Source: the human T2T-CHM13v2.0 reference genome, Homo sapiens
Length of the DNA: 64,000 nt
Reading direction: 5' to 3' (one strand)
NCBI RefSeq assembly: GCF_009914755.1
Contig: NC_060932.1
Each line of letters starts with the position of its first letter. Within the stretch, counting starts at the first letter, position 1. The translations under genes and the position numbers were made by a program. Below, piece by piece: positions 1 through 14,908 of this stretch. The notes beneath the pieces are model-generated. The model was not told the DNA's origin. It saw only the letters and a list, made by a program, of their open reading frames with translations, and did no database searches.

Positions 1-304
1 AGAAATCTTTGACTCCTTCCTCTTCCTCATCCTCCATAGCCAATCAGTGTTCAAGTCCATTCAAGACTTTCCTCCTAACTCCCCCACACCCCACCCACAT
101 TAGTCGCTTCCTTTGATTTCCACTTCTCCAGGTGCCATCCATACCTCTCAGGCTCACACCTGGTTGGCTGCAGGGGCATCTGACCTAGCCGTCCTTCCTC
201 CAGTCTCATGCCCGCCATCCATTCATCGTCCAGCATACACTTACCAAGCACCTATTCTGTGTTGGGCACCCCATCAGGCACTGGGCATGCAAAGAAATAG
301 GACA

Positions 305-885
<581 letters not shown>

Positions 886-1957
886 TCACTGTCATGGCAA
901 GTGCTTTGGGAGTTGAGGGAGGAAAACCGTGGAGAACAGGGACAGCTGTCCCGCAGTGATAAGTAGGGCTTTCATGAGGTAGCTGTTTTAGAAATTCCAT
1001 CTTTTCAAAAAACTTCAGTAGAGATATATTTTTAAAAAATGACATCAGACTGATGTTTTAAAAAAATGTGGCCCAGTGCTTACACAGGCCACGACATGAC
1101 CCAGGTTATAGAGGAATAAGGCATGGCTCTTTGTTAAGAGCACAGTCTAGTTGGCAGAGACAGCTATATTAAGAAAATAATTTCAATCCACTCTACTCAG
1201 ACTTCACTCTCTTTCCATCATTAAGATCCCTCTTTGCAAAGCCTCCCACGGCTTACCATTACCTGTAGGAGAGAGTCCCACATGCTTGGCCCTGTGATGA
1301 ATCATCCACTCACTCAGCCAGATACCTTGTCTATTCCCTGAAATCCACTGACTCGCCACGTGCTACTTCCTTCAGGGTTCTGAGCCTCAGGTGTGCATCT
1401 CAAAAAGGGACATACTACCTGTTTATTGTATCTGAAATTAAATATACAGAGAGATACATGAATATAGTCTATACCAGTGATTGGCACAGAGGAGGTTCTC
1501 AATAAAAAACCTTCAACTTCAAAATAAAAGCAAACCTTCTAAGCACCTGCCATGTGCTAGAGAGCCTGCTCTGCAAATGGCTTGGACACCCAGGTGGGAC
1601 CAGGCCTGTCCAAGTATAAAAACTCTCCACAGCTCAACCCCCACGGGCCTTCCTCTCATTTCATTCCCCCCTTCCTATTCTGATCCTGCTAAATTACCCC
1701 AAGCAGATACGAGTTTTACAAATCCTTAGACGTGCAAAAATGGGAGTTCGTCTTCCCATAACCCAACAGAACTTTGCTCTTATCCTCGTTGCTGTGCTAA
1801 GAGTTGTTTCGTCATAACTTTAATGATTTCCTTCTTTCCCACCAGCTGGTAGAACTTTCACTCCTCTCCTTTCTTAGAGATGGGGAAAGACTGCTCTTCC
1901 AGCATCACCCCTCACTCACTCTACCACCCCCGATTTTGCTTACTCCATGGTTTACGG

Positions 1958-2159
1958 CAAGGGCTGGCAAACGTTTTCTATAAAGGGCCAGACAGTAAAT
2001 ATTTTTGGTTTCGTAGAACATTCTGTCTTTGGGGCAACTACTGAACTGTGCCGTTGTGGCCGGAAAGCGGCCTATACAATATGTAAATAAATGGGTGTTG
2101 CTGTTTCCATAAACCTTTATTTACAAAACAGGTAGCAGGCCCTAGTTTGCTGACCCCTG
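1958..2159. mobile_element. MER58A-like hAT-Charlie MITE
   Basis: TIRs CAAGGGCTGGCAAAC ... GTTTGCTGACCCCTG; 8-bp TSD GTTTACGG (1950-1957) / GTTTATGG (2160-2167). Confidence 0.85.
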
Positions 2160-2447
2160 GTTTATGGTATAAGCACTATGATCTCAGTCTTGGAGACTTT
2201 AGCTTTTGATACTTACAGCCAAGCTTTTAAAACCCACAAGACCCTTTTCTACCTCAAGCCTTGGTCCCTGCATTTGTAAATCACAGCTTTTATTAGTTAT
2301 TAGTTATTGCTTCTCTGATAGAGATTTATGAAAGTCTCCTTAACAGACAGGGGCCAAGAATCTGACTCTTCGTTCTTTAAGTATCTACTCTTGCCCCTAA
2401 ACCTGCTGAGTGGTAGCAGGAGGGTCCCTGGTGTAGCCCTAATAGGT

Positions 2448-3108
2448 CTGTTTCCCAATGCACACAGCAAGTCAACATGCCAAAAAACCACGTTGCAGCA
2501 GAGAAAGGAGTTTAATCATACAGTCACCTAACGAGGTTATGGGAGGAGACCTCAAATCCATCTCCTCAACAAAGTTGGGTTTAGAGTTTTTAAGGGTTTT
2601 GGAGTGGGCCAAAGTATGCAAATCATTGATTGGTCAAAGAGTGCAGGGTCAAAGAGTGCAGGGTCAAAGAGTGCAGGGACAGGAAGACGAAGAAGCTGTA
2701 TTCTCAGGCTGATCCTGTTCCTCTGTTGGGGTCTCCAAACTGGTTGCTGGAATTCAGAGTCTGAAAAACATCTTAAGTGATCCTTAAACAAAAATCTTCT
2801 GGTTCTAATGTCAGAGATGCTGTCTGTAGGAACAATGAGGATGCAAGTCAATTCTTAAACACATCATTAGAAATGCAAAAATGGAACTTCACTCTCCTAT
2901 AACTGAACACAACTTTGCTGTTATCCTCATTCAAGTCAGAAATCCTATCTACAGGAACAACAGGAATGCAGATGGTTAGTATCTGGGGCTATATGACTTT
3001 CAGCAGTAAGGAAGTGGGCCAGAGTGCAGCCAGATTAATGCTTAATTACAGCTATATTTCTGTGCAGAGCCCAGCATGAATTCTCATCGACACTGTAGGG
3101 GTGGTTTC
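2448..3108 (-). mobile_element. ERV1-class solo LTR (LOR1/MER4-group-like; subfamily uncertain)
   Basis: Motifs GCAGCAGAGAAAGGAGTTTAAT, CTCAAATCCATCTCC, GTTTTTAAGGG and terminal GGGGTGGTTTC resemble this group's consensus (recall). Confidence 0.6.
2632..2676. repeat. Three perfect tandem copies of a 15-bp unit, GGTCAAAGAGTGCAG
   Basis: Read directly at 2632-2646, 2647-2661 and 2662-2676. Confidence 0.95.
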
Positions 3109-3155
3109 TCTGGGAAATAACAATTTTTGTTCTCTCAAGTCTTATTCCACTACAG

Positions 3156-3322
3156 CAGTGGTTCTAAAAGAGTGATTCCCAGGCCAGCAGCACCAGGTCC
3201 CCAGAGAGCGTGTTAGAAATGCAGATTCTTGGCCCTTACTCCAGATCTATGGGATGGAAAACTCGGGGTGGAGCCAGCAGTCCTGATGTGGGATTCCCAC
3301 ACCTGCTGAAGGTTGAGAGCCC
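3156..3322. mobile_element. MER5A-like hAT MITE
   Basis: CAGTGGTTCT... and GTTAGAAATGCAGATTCTTGGCCC motifs. Confidence 0.75.
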
Positions 3323-3639
3323 TGCGCCGAAACCTCACATCTTGCATCCTCTTTTCCTTGCCCTCATATTTTGGCCATGCTTTTTCCTCCATTCCAAATG
3401 CTTCTCATGGGTCTCTTCCATCCTCCAAAACCTTCTGACTCTAAAACTCAGCTGAGAATTGTGTGCTACCTTGAGACAGCCCCACGTGATCGCCATCGTT
3501 AATTACCTCCTTTCCTGTTAACTTTTTGCATGTTAAGGTTTTGCCTCTGTAATAGGCCAGAAAGCATTTTCCAACAAAGAATCGGGCCTTCAATGTTTTT
3601 GCGCTGCTCACATCAACTAGCAAACTTCCTGTCTCAGAT

Positions 3640-4170
3640 CATTTTCCTAGAAGGGATTCTAAGAAAGGTCCTCAGAGCCTGTGACCTTCTGAGCCAGTCC
3701 CCTACGGGAATCCTTGTGAGGGAGCAGGAGAGGCAGAGAACAGGGAAGGGGGAAATGTGAGCAGGGAAGTGGCTCCGTCAATGCTAGAATTGAAATTTTT
3801 TATTTTTTGTTTTGTAGAGAAGGTAGTTGGCAGGGCTCTCACTTTGTTTCCCAGGCTGGTCTTGAATGCCTGGCCTCAAGTGATCCTCTTGCCTCGGCCT
3901 CCCAAAGTAGCTTTGATTTTGAGGAGCATAAACCACACCCCGTGTGAGGCAAGGGGCTGGCATTCTGTTCTTCCTGTCAGCCACTCGTGGGCTGTGAGCC
4001 ACCCTGAGGAGTGCCACTTTTTGGGGAAGGGTTGCCCATCAGCTGAGGCTCTCCTCCCCAGAGGACAGCAGCTGAGAGCCATCTGCAGCCACCACAGCAG
4101 AGCAGCAGTGGGATAGGCACCCCGACCCCAGAAAGAGGATCTGGGCAGGGCTCTAGCACCATCTCTGTCT
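3640..4170. mobile_element. Old ERVL LTR (LTR16-like) interrupted by an antisense Alu monomer (~3795-3960)
   Basis: Degenerate LTR16-like motifs; Alu motif CCCAGGCTGGTCTTGAA...GCCTCGGCCTCCCAAAGT. Confidence 0.45.
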
Positions 4171-6169
4171 TATACAAAGCAGGTGTTCAATAAATATTTG
4201 GTAATTAATTGATTCCTTCTACCCTCTCATTCCCTGTCTATATAAGTTAATTCTACCATAAGAGTACTGTGTCAATGAGCACTCTAGCCCTCACAACGCA
4301 TTTTATAGGCACACTCTGTGGAAGAAATACCAAGTTCACTTTGCGAACTGGAATAGGAGCAGCCTGGAGAATTCATGCCTCACTGTCTATGGGGGTGAGT
4401 ATGGACATGCAGGTATAGAAAGAGAAAATGCACCATCTGGAACCATTGAGAAGCAGGAGGAAAAGTTACAGCCGCAAGCACCACAACCGTCTGTGAACAG
4501 ATACAATTTTGTGTTTCATCTGGAGTGTGAGTCATTTCCCACTTTCTTCTCCTCATCCTCCCTAAAGTCCAAGTCAACCAAGGAGGAGCTCCAGATGGCT
4601 CACCCACAATTAGGTCTTCTTTGATTGTTCTAGGAGGATTAATTAGTCACCACCATGAGTATAAAGACCAAATCAAGAGGCAATATGGCAGAGGGAGAGA
4701 GAGGGAGGGAGAGACCTGCCTGCTGCTGAGGCGAGCACAGAAGGGCCTGTGGATTACACAGATGGTGTGTCATTCAAACTCTCTTTTGGAGAATGCCAAC
4801 GTAGGGATGGGCCAGGTGTGTTAAACAGTCCTATTCAATGATTCATAGTCCTGGCTACACCCTAGAATCACCTGGGGAACTTTAAAAAATACTGATGCCC
4901 AGGCCCTGCCCTGAGATTCTGGTATAAGTGGTGCATTGGAGCCTGGGGATGAATATTTCCTTTTTAAAAGCTCCCTGGCTGGATCAATGTGCACTTAGTG
5001 AAGAACAATGTTGCAGTGCTTGCAATTTATTTGAACTGCGGTCAGTTTATTGCATTTCCCAAAGTATTTGTCATCTATCTGCCCAGTCCTGTGTTTGGCA
5101 CTACAGAGAAAACAAAGCAATGGAAACCAGAAATAGCAAAGGATGTGGAGGAGTCCAAAGGTTTGGGTTCAAAGTCCAAGTCTGCCATTTTCCTGCTGTG
5201 TGACTTTGGGGAAGCCAAGTCCTTGAGGGGGTGGCATGATTGTGAGGTTGAAAGAGAACAGGACTAGGGCCAAGGGCTCTAATCCTTCCACCTTTGCGGT
5301 TAACTCGTGGTGTCACTTCAAAGCCAGTCACACCACCTCTCTAGACTTCTGTTTTTCTGTGGATAAAAGGAAAGAATGAGACTAGGTCAGTGGTTTCCAG
5401 ATTTGGGTTTGAGAGACAGAACCTTCATGGTGCAGGTGTTTCTTGGTTGAAGGGTGGGAGGGCAATGAGACCCATCTTAGGGACTCCTGCTTCTCCTTCC
5501 AGGAAATCCCTGCTGTTACTCGAGGGGAACTATTTGAAACCCATTGGACTAGAAGATGTGCTCCCAGGCCCCTTGCTGTGAAGTCCTGTGGTCTTGTCTC
5601 TCACTTGCTCTGGACAAACACCCTGAGCAGTACTTTCTGCACTTAGGTACTTATGAATACTTTCACATGATGAGCGGGAATGGGTCCTGGAGCTTGTCCA
5701 CTGGGCACATTTTCCTTCTAAGTGCATTGCTACTTCCTCCTCCCTGACTTCCTCTTGCATCCTATTATTGATTAGTTCGACTTGGCAAGTTTGTCGTAAT
5801 TTCCAATTCTCTCTGCCAAGTTCCTCATTCCTTGAAGGATGAGCTGGCTTTGAAGACAATGATGCATATGTTCACTGTGGATTCTAGAAAAGGGGGGACT
5901 TCCCAGAATATGTGTTCCTGTGATTTCCATGACACTTCTCTACCAAGGGCCGTGGGCCGCCTCCCTCAGCTCTGATCTGGGAGAGCAATATCTATTCCTA
6001 TAGTCAAGCTTGCTCCAGACTGCATTAAAGAAGGAGGAGACAGGGTGTTTCCTAATCGATGATGCCCCTATTAAAATTGTATATGTTGCAAGCTGTTACA
6101 GGGCCTGAATCAGAACCAGGAGACTATGGCCACAGGGGGCCATCAGAGTTGTTTTCAACCCCTCCGTGC

Positions 6170-6595
6170 CAGTTTAAGTCTTCTGCGAAGCAGATACCAA
6201 AATGGGATTAGATGTTCCAGAGACATATGGAGGGAAGTGCCCATCAAGGATGCAGGGGAGGAATTGGGAGGAGGCAGGGAGAGGCTTCTGGCCGCAGTGC
6301 AGATCTGACATCTGTGAATGGTGATTAGGAAGGGGAGTATAGGACAGGAAGAATCTCAGAATTCAGGGCCATTCTGAGGGAGCCTCCGCAGACAACTAGG
6401 AATCCCCAGGCAAAGGCTGCCCACCTCGAACAGAAACACCCAGCTCGCAGTCTCTGTCCTGTCAGTTGTGGCTGGGAGCAGCCCTGGGGGAGCATCATCT
6501 CAGTGTGAACGTGCATGGTGGGACAAAGGCACACAGCTGGAGGCTGGCAGAAGGTTGGAGGGGAGCACCTCCTTCCCCGCCACACCTCTGCTCTC
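6170..6595. mobile_element. Old ERVL LTR (LTR16-like)
   Basis: CAGATACCAAAATGGGATTAGATG...GGCAGGGAGAGGC resembles LTR16 consensus (recall). Confidence 0.45.
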
Positions 6596-7386
6596 AGTTC
6601 AGCTGGTGTAGATTTCACCAGGTGGCCCCAAAGAAATCACAGCACCCTTGTCTTGGCTGATACAGCCTCTGCTGGAAGGTGGCCCACTGGCTGGCTCTGT
6701 GTAACTGGAGATGGCAGTGTCCTAGGGGACAGTATTTGAAGACCTGGAAGCACTCAATCTCTTTGGAATATCCACCTTCACTAGACCTGCTATCGGACAT
6801 GTAAGCCACTTCACAAGTTAAGGCCCTTTTGCAGACACAAGGATAGTAGCCTTCACATTAAAGAGCACGCTTCAGCTGAAGTCCATCAAAAATCAATTGG
6901 ACCATGCTAGCAGCTCTGGAAGAAGCCTGGGAGGGTCTAAATTTCTCCCACTGACAGATGGGAAAATTGAGGCTCAGAGAGGCTGAAGTGACTGACCCTG
7001 AGTCACAGACTCAGTAGATGATGGAGGGAGAGAGAGAGATTAAGAGCCAAGGTCTGACCTCCCTCATTCACTCAACACGAGCATGTGGTACTTCAGTTTT
7101 CAAGCATTGAGGATGCAGCTGTGTCTGTTGACAGACAAAATCCCTGCCTTCAGGAAGCTTACACGGCTGTTGGGGGAGAGAAGTGATAAATGTATAAACA
7201 TAATAATTTCAGATCGTGGCAAGTGCAATGAAGAAAACGAGATAGAGCAATAGGACAGGAGAGGGAGAGGAAGAGGAAGAGAAAAAAGCCCCCAAGAGTG
7301 GTCAGGGGAGGCTTCTCTGGGATGTGGATTTGATCTGAGTCATGAGTGAGGAGAACGTGCAAGCCCCTGAAAGATCTGGGAGCAAG

Positions 7387-7705
7387 GCCGGGCTTGGTGG
7401 CTCATGCCTCTAATGCCAGCACTTTGGGAGGCCGAAGCAGGAAGATCACTTGAGCTCAAGAGTTTGAGACCAGCCTGGGCAGCATGGTGAGACCCCATCT
7501 CTTCAAAAAAATACAAAAACTAGCCAGGTGTGGTGGCACATGCCTGTAGTCCCAGCTTCTCAGGAGGCTGAAGGGGGAGCCCAGGAGGTTGAGGCTGCAG
7601 TGAGCTGGTGAGCTGAGATCAACGCCACTGCACTCCAGCCTGGGCAACAGAGAGACCCTGTCTCAAAAAAAAAAAAAAAAAAAAAAAAGAAAGAAAGAAA
7701 AAAAA
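7387..7705 (+). mobile_element. AluJ-like element inside an L2 remnant (~7060-7930)
   Basis: Alu dimer with long poly(A); flanks carry L2 3'-end motifs (TCCCTGCCTTCAGGAAGCTTAC). Confidence 0.88.
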
Positions 7706-9668
7706 GACCTGAGAGCAGAGCAGGGTGGATGGGAAGGACCAAGGCCCTGTGGCAGGAATGGGCTGAGCTTAGGGCTCAAGCCGGAGGGTGGACACCCCTG
7801 AGAACAGGGCCAGGAAACTGGTTGGAGAATTGCAGGGGTTTTGTAGGTCCTCTAGTGAGTTTGGATTTTTATTCTGATTTCTATGGAAGCCAATCCATGA
7901 GAAGGGCTGGAATGGCATTGAGAGGTTAATGAGATGGGGAATGAACTCCTGGAGGGACGAAGCCCACCAGCTGTCATGTCACAGTCTCCATGAGCTTCTG
8001 CACTGGGGGCAGGAACCCATCTTCTAGAGCTGCTTTCAGAGACAAAGATGGTCCTAAACCCACATGGTGAGGCAGGTGGGTGGCTTCGACCTGGGGACTC
8101 ATTCCTGCAGAAAGGAGAGCAGGGAGGAGCACTGCCACTGCCTCCTTCCTCCCCTCCCCAACCCCCACCCCCAGTCCCCTTCTCCAGAGCGCTCACCCTC
8201 AGAATCTTGGTTCCTAACCTTGGCTCCATGGGGATCATTTGGGGAGCTTCATCTCTTTTTATTTATTTATGTATTTATTTTGGGACAGGGTCCCGCTCTG
8301 TCACCCAGGCTGGGGTGCAGTGGCAAGATCTCAGCTCACTACAACCTCCACCTCACGGGTTCAAGTGATTCTCCACAAAGGAAATTGCGGTTTTTGTAAT
8401 TACTTTTAATTGCAAAAGTAGGTGATTCCGATGCATGCCAAAGTTTGAGGACCACTGTTCTAAATAAACTTTGAACAGACATTTAGTAATATTGGTTTGA
8501 AAGGTCAGCAATCATTAGCCTCCTTGGGATGCCCATGTGTCTTCCCACTTGAGGCATGTTATGTCCATCCATGAATAATGACTTCCTGGGCACTTACTTG
8601 AGTTCCTGGTGCTATTCTAACTGCTTCGCATGTATTATCTTTCATAACAATCCTATGAGGTAGGAACCATTATTGTTGCTACTATTATTCCCATCCCTAG
8701 CCAGGATTCAAGCCCAGGCAGTCTGGCACTAGAGCCTGGCACATAATCTTGCCCTTCTAGTTGGCACAAAATCTCAGTGACCGTTTAGCTCATTGGCTGG
8801 CACAGTGTCGAGTAAATGCTCATTAATTCCGAATATGAACAGATATGGGTTGGGAAGGAGAATTCTTAGGGCATGGAATTTGCAGGGAATAGGGAGTGTC
8901 AGGGGTGGGGTGGGAGGCCGCAGGGGAAAGGAAAGAAGAGAAGAGAGAGCCAGGAGGCACTGTGGGTTTAGCAGGTGCCTGCAAGAGGACCCTGCAAGAA
9001 GGAAAGAGGGGAAGTCACTCATTGCCAAGTCAGTCATGAGCCCTACCTGTCCTGGGGCCACGTCAATTTACCAGCCAGAAAGGAGGCCAACATCAAGCCA
9101 GGGCCTCTGCTGTGCTTTGGGAACATCCAGAATGAGGGAGTGCAGGTTCGATTCCTCAAGGCCCTCATCTTCCCTCTCCTGCAACAGTCCCATCTCGGCC
9201 ACTTCCGAAGGCATCTCCAGCCCCGCGTATCCTGTCTATACAGGGAATGCATAACTGAGATGAGTAGCCAAGAATTTTGAGCCACAAACCTTCATTTTGC
9301 CAGCATATTCAGGAAGCTCTACAGACTGGGCTTCAGACAGTGGAATTAAGGAAATTAGGAAGATGGAGCCCTGTCCTTAAGGAGCTTGCAGTCTAGTGGG
9401 GAAGACAGATAAACACACACAAAGTCAAGAGAATAAGAACTTGAAAGGGGTGCAAACAAAACCTCGCTTGAGTTCTAGCACTCTGCAAGAAAAAAAAAAA
9501 AAGTCTTGAAGCCACCAAGGAAGGAATAGTGAAAAGCTTCAGAAGAAAAGTAATATATGAACAGAGCCTTCAAGGGCAAGTAAGAGTTTCTCAGGCCAAC
9601 TATGTAGTAGGAAGGGTATTCCAGGCAGAAGGAACAGCATAGGCTAAGGCATAGAGTGAAGAAAGTTA

Positions 9669-9989
<321 letters not shown>

Positions 9990-12017
9990 TTAAACTAAAA
10001 AGAAGAATTTGCTATAAAGAAATAGGAAATCTCTCAGAGCCCAAAGACAGAGATACACTGGGATGCCAGGAAGTATTAAAAATTGAAAGCATCAGGCCAG
10101 GGTGAGCCCAGGCAGTGTTCACGCTCCATCTTTTTACCTGCTTCTCTCTGCAGACAGGACTCTATTCCCTTCTCTCTCTGTCCACAGGGGAATTCTGCAC
10201 AATCCAGTCCACATGACAGACACATGACCTGCTCATAGCTCTAGGGTTTACATGATACAGATTGAGACACGTGGAGAAAATAATTCTGTGATTCCAATTC
10301 CAATCCTTGGGGAGGGATCTCTGAGTGGTACAGCTCAGGTCCTATAACTGCTCCTCATCCAGTCAGCTATGGCTAAGAGGCGAGGTCACATTTTGCAAAT
10401 ATGATACCTGGTAGTCCTACCCTGGAGGGTAAAGGGAACAGTTCCCAAAGGAAGCGGGGATCTGTAACACATAGACTGAGTGGGTACCCTAGAAATTCTC
10501 AACCATAGCCTCATAAGCCACGGTAGGGAATTTAGACTTTATCAGATAAGCAATTGGAGGTACTGGAAGGCATGACAAGATGGAATTTGTCTTTAGAACT
10601 GTTGTAGACAATGTAAAGGATGTATTACGAAGAGAGCATGAAGGCTAGGAGGCCACTTGGGAAAGTGCTGAAATAACCAGGCCACGGAACGATGAGACTC
10701 AAATAGGACAAAGGCAGTGAGAGTGGAGAGGCATTTTAAGGATGGAAATAAGGCTTTGGTGATGGTTGAAAGTGGGGGCTGAGGATGAAAGAGCTGAATG
10801 GCTCCTTGTTTCCTGCTGATGTGACAGGGGACAGTGATGCTGCTAAGTGGAATAGTGGCTACAGAAAGGGGGAGAATTGGGGAGGGGGCACAGAACATAC
10901 GTAGTACGTGGGAAAGTGAGGCTAGCTTAGACCATGCTGAACTGGAGAGGTGACCAGATGGAGAAACTGATGGATCCCATCTGCTGTTGCTTTCCTCAGA
11001 CCCCTTGACACAAGCTCCATTACCAATAAAGGGGAATTGGGTGGCATTATAAAATTCTTCTCATCTTATTGGTTGAGAATTGAGAAATCAGGAAGAAGCC
11101 AAGTCTAGAAGACAGAGTGGGGGTTTTGGAGTCAGCCAGACAGTGTGTGTGCCAGTCAGCTGTGTGACCTTGAGAAAATTACTCAACCTCTCTGAGTCTC
11201 AATTTTCCCAAAGGTGAAATGGTATCCTAGGCTAACCTTATAGAATATTATGGAGGTGAAGTGTGGTAATATTTGTAGTGTCCTTACAATATAAAGAAGC
11301 TCTCAGTAAGTGGTCACTGGGATTATTAGTTTTTTTTCCCTGACAAATGCTCCATTCATAGTCTTGGGTCTGAAGCTGGGTTTCCCTGACAAATTTATCT
11401 ACTCCCTGAGCTCCTTCTAAAATGATTACTCCACCAACTTATTACTTAACTGAGTTCTTCTCTACCATAGCAATAGAATCCTAAATTAATTCAAAATTTG
11501 AGTCTGGACCAGCAATCAACTGACTCTGAACTGACAAGTTTGACTATGTAGTGGATCAAATCATTGGGGAAGATAATAACAGCCTCTGTTGGCTGTTTAC
11601 TGTATATTGGGCACTGTTCTGAGGGCTTGACAAAGTATTTACTCAAAAAAATTCTCACACATAACCCTACAAAGTCAGTACCATTATTCTCATCCCATTT
11701 TATAGATGAGGAAACTGAGGCCCAGAGATGTGAAATAACCTACGAAGATTGTACAGCTAGGAGGCTATAGAGCCAGGATTTGCATCCAGGCAGTCTGCCC
11801 CAGAGCCCACAATCTCATCCAGTCATACATACTACATAATTCACTCTTATTTTTCATTGTTCCCCCAGAGAACATCTCATTGTTCCACAGAACATTTATT
11901 CTCAAGCCTGTCTCAACCCAACATGAGGTATTTTGAAAATAATTTATTTGGAACTGATTTTCTCTTCAAAATAAATTGAGAGCAATTAGCTATTTCACCC
12001 AGCCTCACTTGCATTCA

Positions 12018-12343
<326 letters not shown>

Positions 12344-12380
12344 AGAAGGAAAGTAACTCCTACTAAGGGAGCAGAGATAG

Positions 12381-12740
12381 TGTCTTCATCTGTTTGAGTT
12401 GTTACAACAAGATACCTTAAACTGGGTAATTTATAAACAATAGAGATTTATTGCTCACAGTTCTGAGGCTGGGAAGTCCACTATCAAGGTCCTGGCAGAT
12501 TCAGTGTAGTGAGGCCCTGCCCCTCATAGATGGTGCCTCCCAAGGTCCTCATACAGTGGTACAGTCGAAGGGGCCAAGAAGCTCCCTCAGGCCTTTTGCA
12601 AGAGCATGAATCCCACTCATGAAGCCTCCATCCTCATGACCGAATCACTTCCCTGATGCCCCTTTCCCGACACCACTGCACCGGGATTAAGGTTCAGCAT
12701 ATGAATTTTGGGGAGACATGCACATTCAGCCCTTAGCCGA
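12381..12740 (-). mobile_element. MaLR solo LTR (MLT1A/MST-like)
   Basis: CTGGGTAATTTATAAACAATAGAGATTTATTGCTCACAGTTCTGAGGCTGGGAAGTCC hallmark. Confidence 0.8.
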
Positions 12741-13014
12741 TAGTCATGGCAATTGTAAGTTGTCATGGTGCTCTACTCTCTGTCACAAGTTGAGCAGGTG
12801 GTGATGTCAAAATCTGAACATGGCCGTGAGAAGATATCCTTCAGGTAGAGGTCACTTTCCATGGTTGTCTCAGGAGACAGTTTCAGAAATGTTCATTTAA
12901 ATCAAGATTTTAACTTTCAAGGACTCCCTTGAAAATCCAAAGAAAGTTACTTGACAACACATGTAGATGAGGGGGAAAAGAAGTTACTGACATTCTCCTC
13001 ATAAAAATGTACAA

Positions 13015-13450
13015 GGTCAGGCATGGCAGCTCACACCTGTAATACTAGCATTTTGGGAGGCCAAAGCGGGAAGATTGCTTGAGCATTCAAGACCAGCCTG
13101 GGCAACATAGAGAGACCCCATTGCTATGAAAAACAATTTTTTTAATTAGCTGGGCATGGTGGCACACACCTGTGGTCTCAGCTACTCAGAAAACTGAGAC
13201 AGAAGGATTGCTTGAGCCCAGGAGGTCAAGGCTGCAGTGAGCCATGTCATACCACTGCACTCCAGCCTGGGCGTCAGAGTGAGAACCTGTCTCAAAAGAA
13301 AAAACAAAGGGCGAGGTGTGGTGGCTCACATCTATAATTCCAGCATTTTGAGAGGCCAAGGCAAGAAAATTGCTTGAGCCCAAGAGTTTGAGACTAGCCT
13401 GGGAGACATAATGAGACCCTGTCTCTCTAAAAATAGTAATAATAAATATA
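13015..13450 (+). mobile_element. AluJ followed directly by an Alu monomer in its tail
   Basis: Dimer 13015-13308, then a second left arm from 13309 to about 13450. Confidence 0.85.
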
Positions 13451-14352
13451 TAAGCACGGCTCTAAATAAAATCCCTGCCTCAGAAAAAGATAAATAAATA
13501 AAACCCCATGTAATTTTGGAGAGAGGCATGGATCTTCTGAAATCCATCCCTGAACCTCAAGAAGCTCTGCCATAGAAGATAGGCTGGGCAGATACTCTAA
13601 TCATCCCTCCGAATTCAGTCTTGGCTTGTTAATTTGCAATGTAACTCCCTGTGAATATCCCCATAAAACTGAAATTCATTTTGCTCACTTATCATGCTCT
13701 GCCCTTGAGACACTTGTGAAATTAGCTGCAGAGAACCATTCGGATGGGCAGGCACCATTTCTCACTGGATATGGCATTATATCAGGAATTATGCCCTGCC
13801 TTCCCAGTCTGGGGTACAAAATAAAGTTGTGTTTCTTTGAAAATTCAAATCAAATGACTCTAAACGCTCTTCTTGATTATAAAGGAAGCACTGTTCTTAT
13901 TATAAGGTTCTGCTCCCCTAAGTATGCTTTGAAAACCCTGAGAAATTGCTCTGTTGTCAGTAAGGAATCCCTCCAGCTGCTTTTGAAGCCCACTGCACTG
14001 CCCTCTGGGCACCTTCCATCCTGCTCAAGGCACGCAATGCCCCATGTGCCAGAGCCGGTCAGCAGCTCCATGAGGTGTTCTCTTCAAACGCCTTCGTTTG
14101 AAGAGTCACAGCTATTATTTCACCCTGTGGTGGCGATGGTGGCACGTGGGGGAATTGTTATAGTTTCCATTGACCACTTTTTCCAGCTAACACATGGCTT
14201 CATGTATTGCTCAAGTGGTCGACAGCAGGGACATTCATTGAATCAAGAGCTATAGAAATGTAACTACACATGAACTTCTCAGTTTGTATATAAATTTAAT
14301 GTATTTACTTATGTATTAAACCATTCAAGCGATAGATAAAGATCTGTAATAG

Positions 14353-14908
<556 letters not shown>

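Noticed and set aside
13626-14255. 209-aa ORF in non-repeat DNA
   Set aside because: Starts at TTG, no recognisable domain, no promoter or splice context; consistent with chance. PhyloCSF or Ribo-seq would settle it
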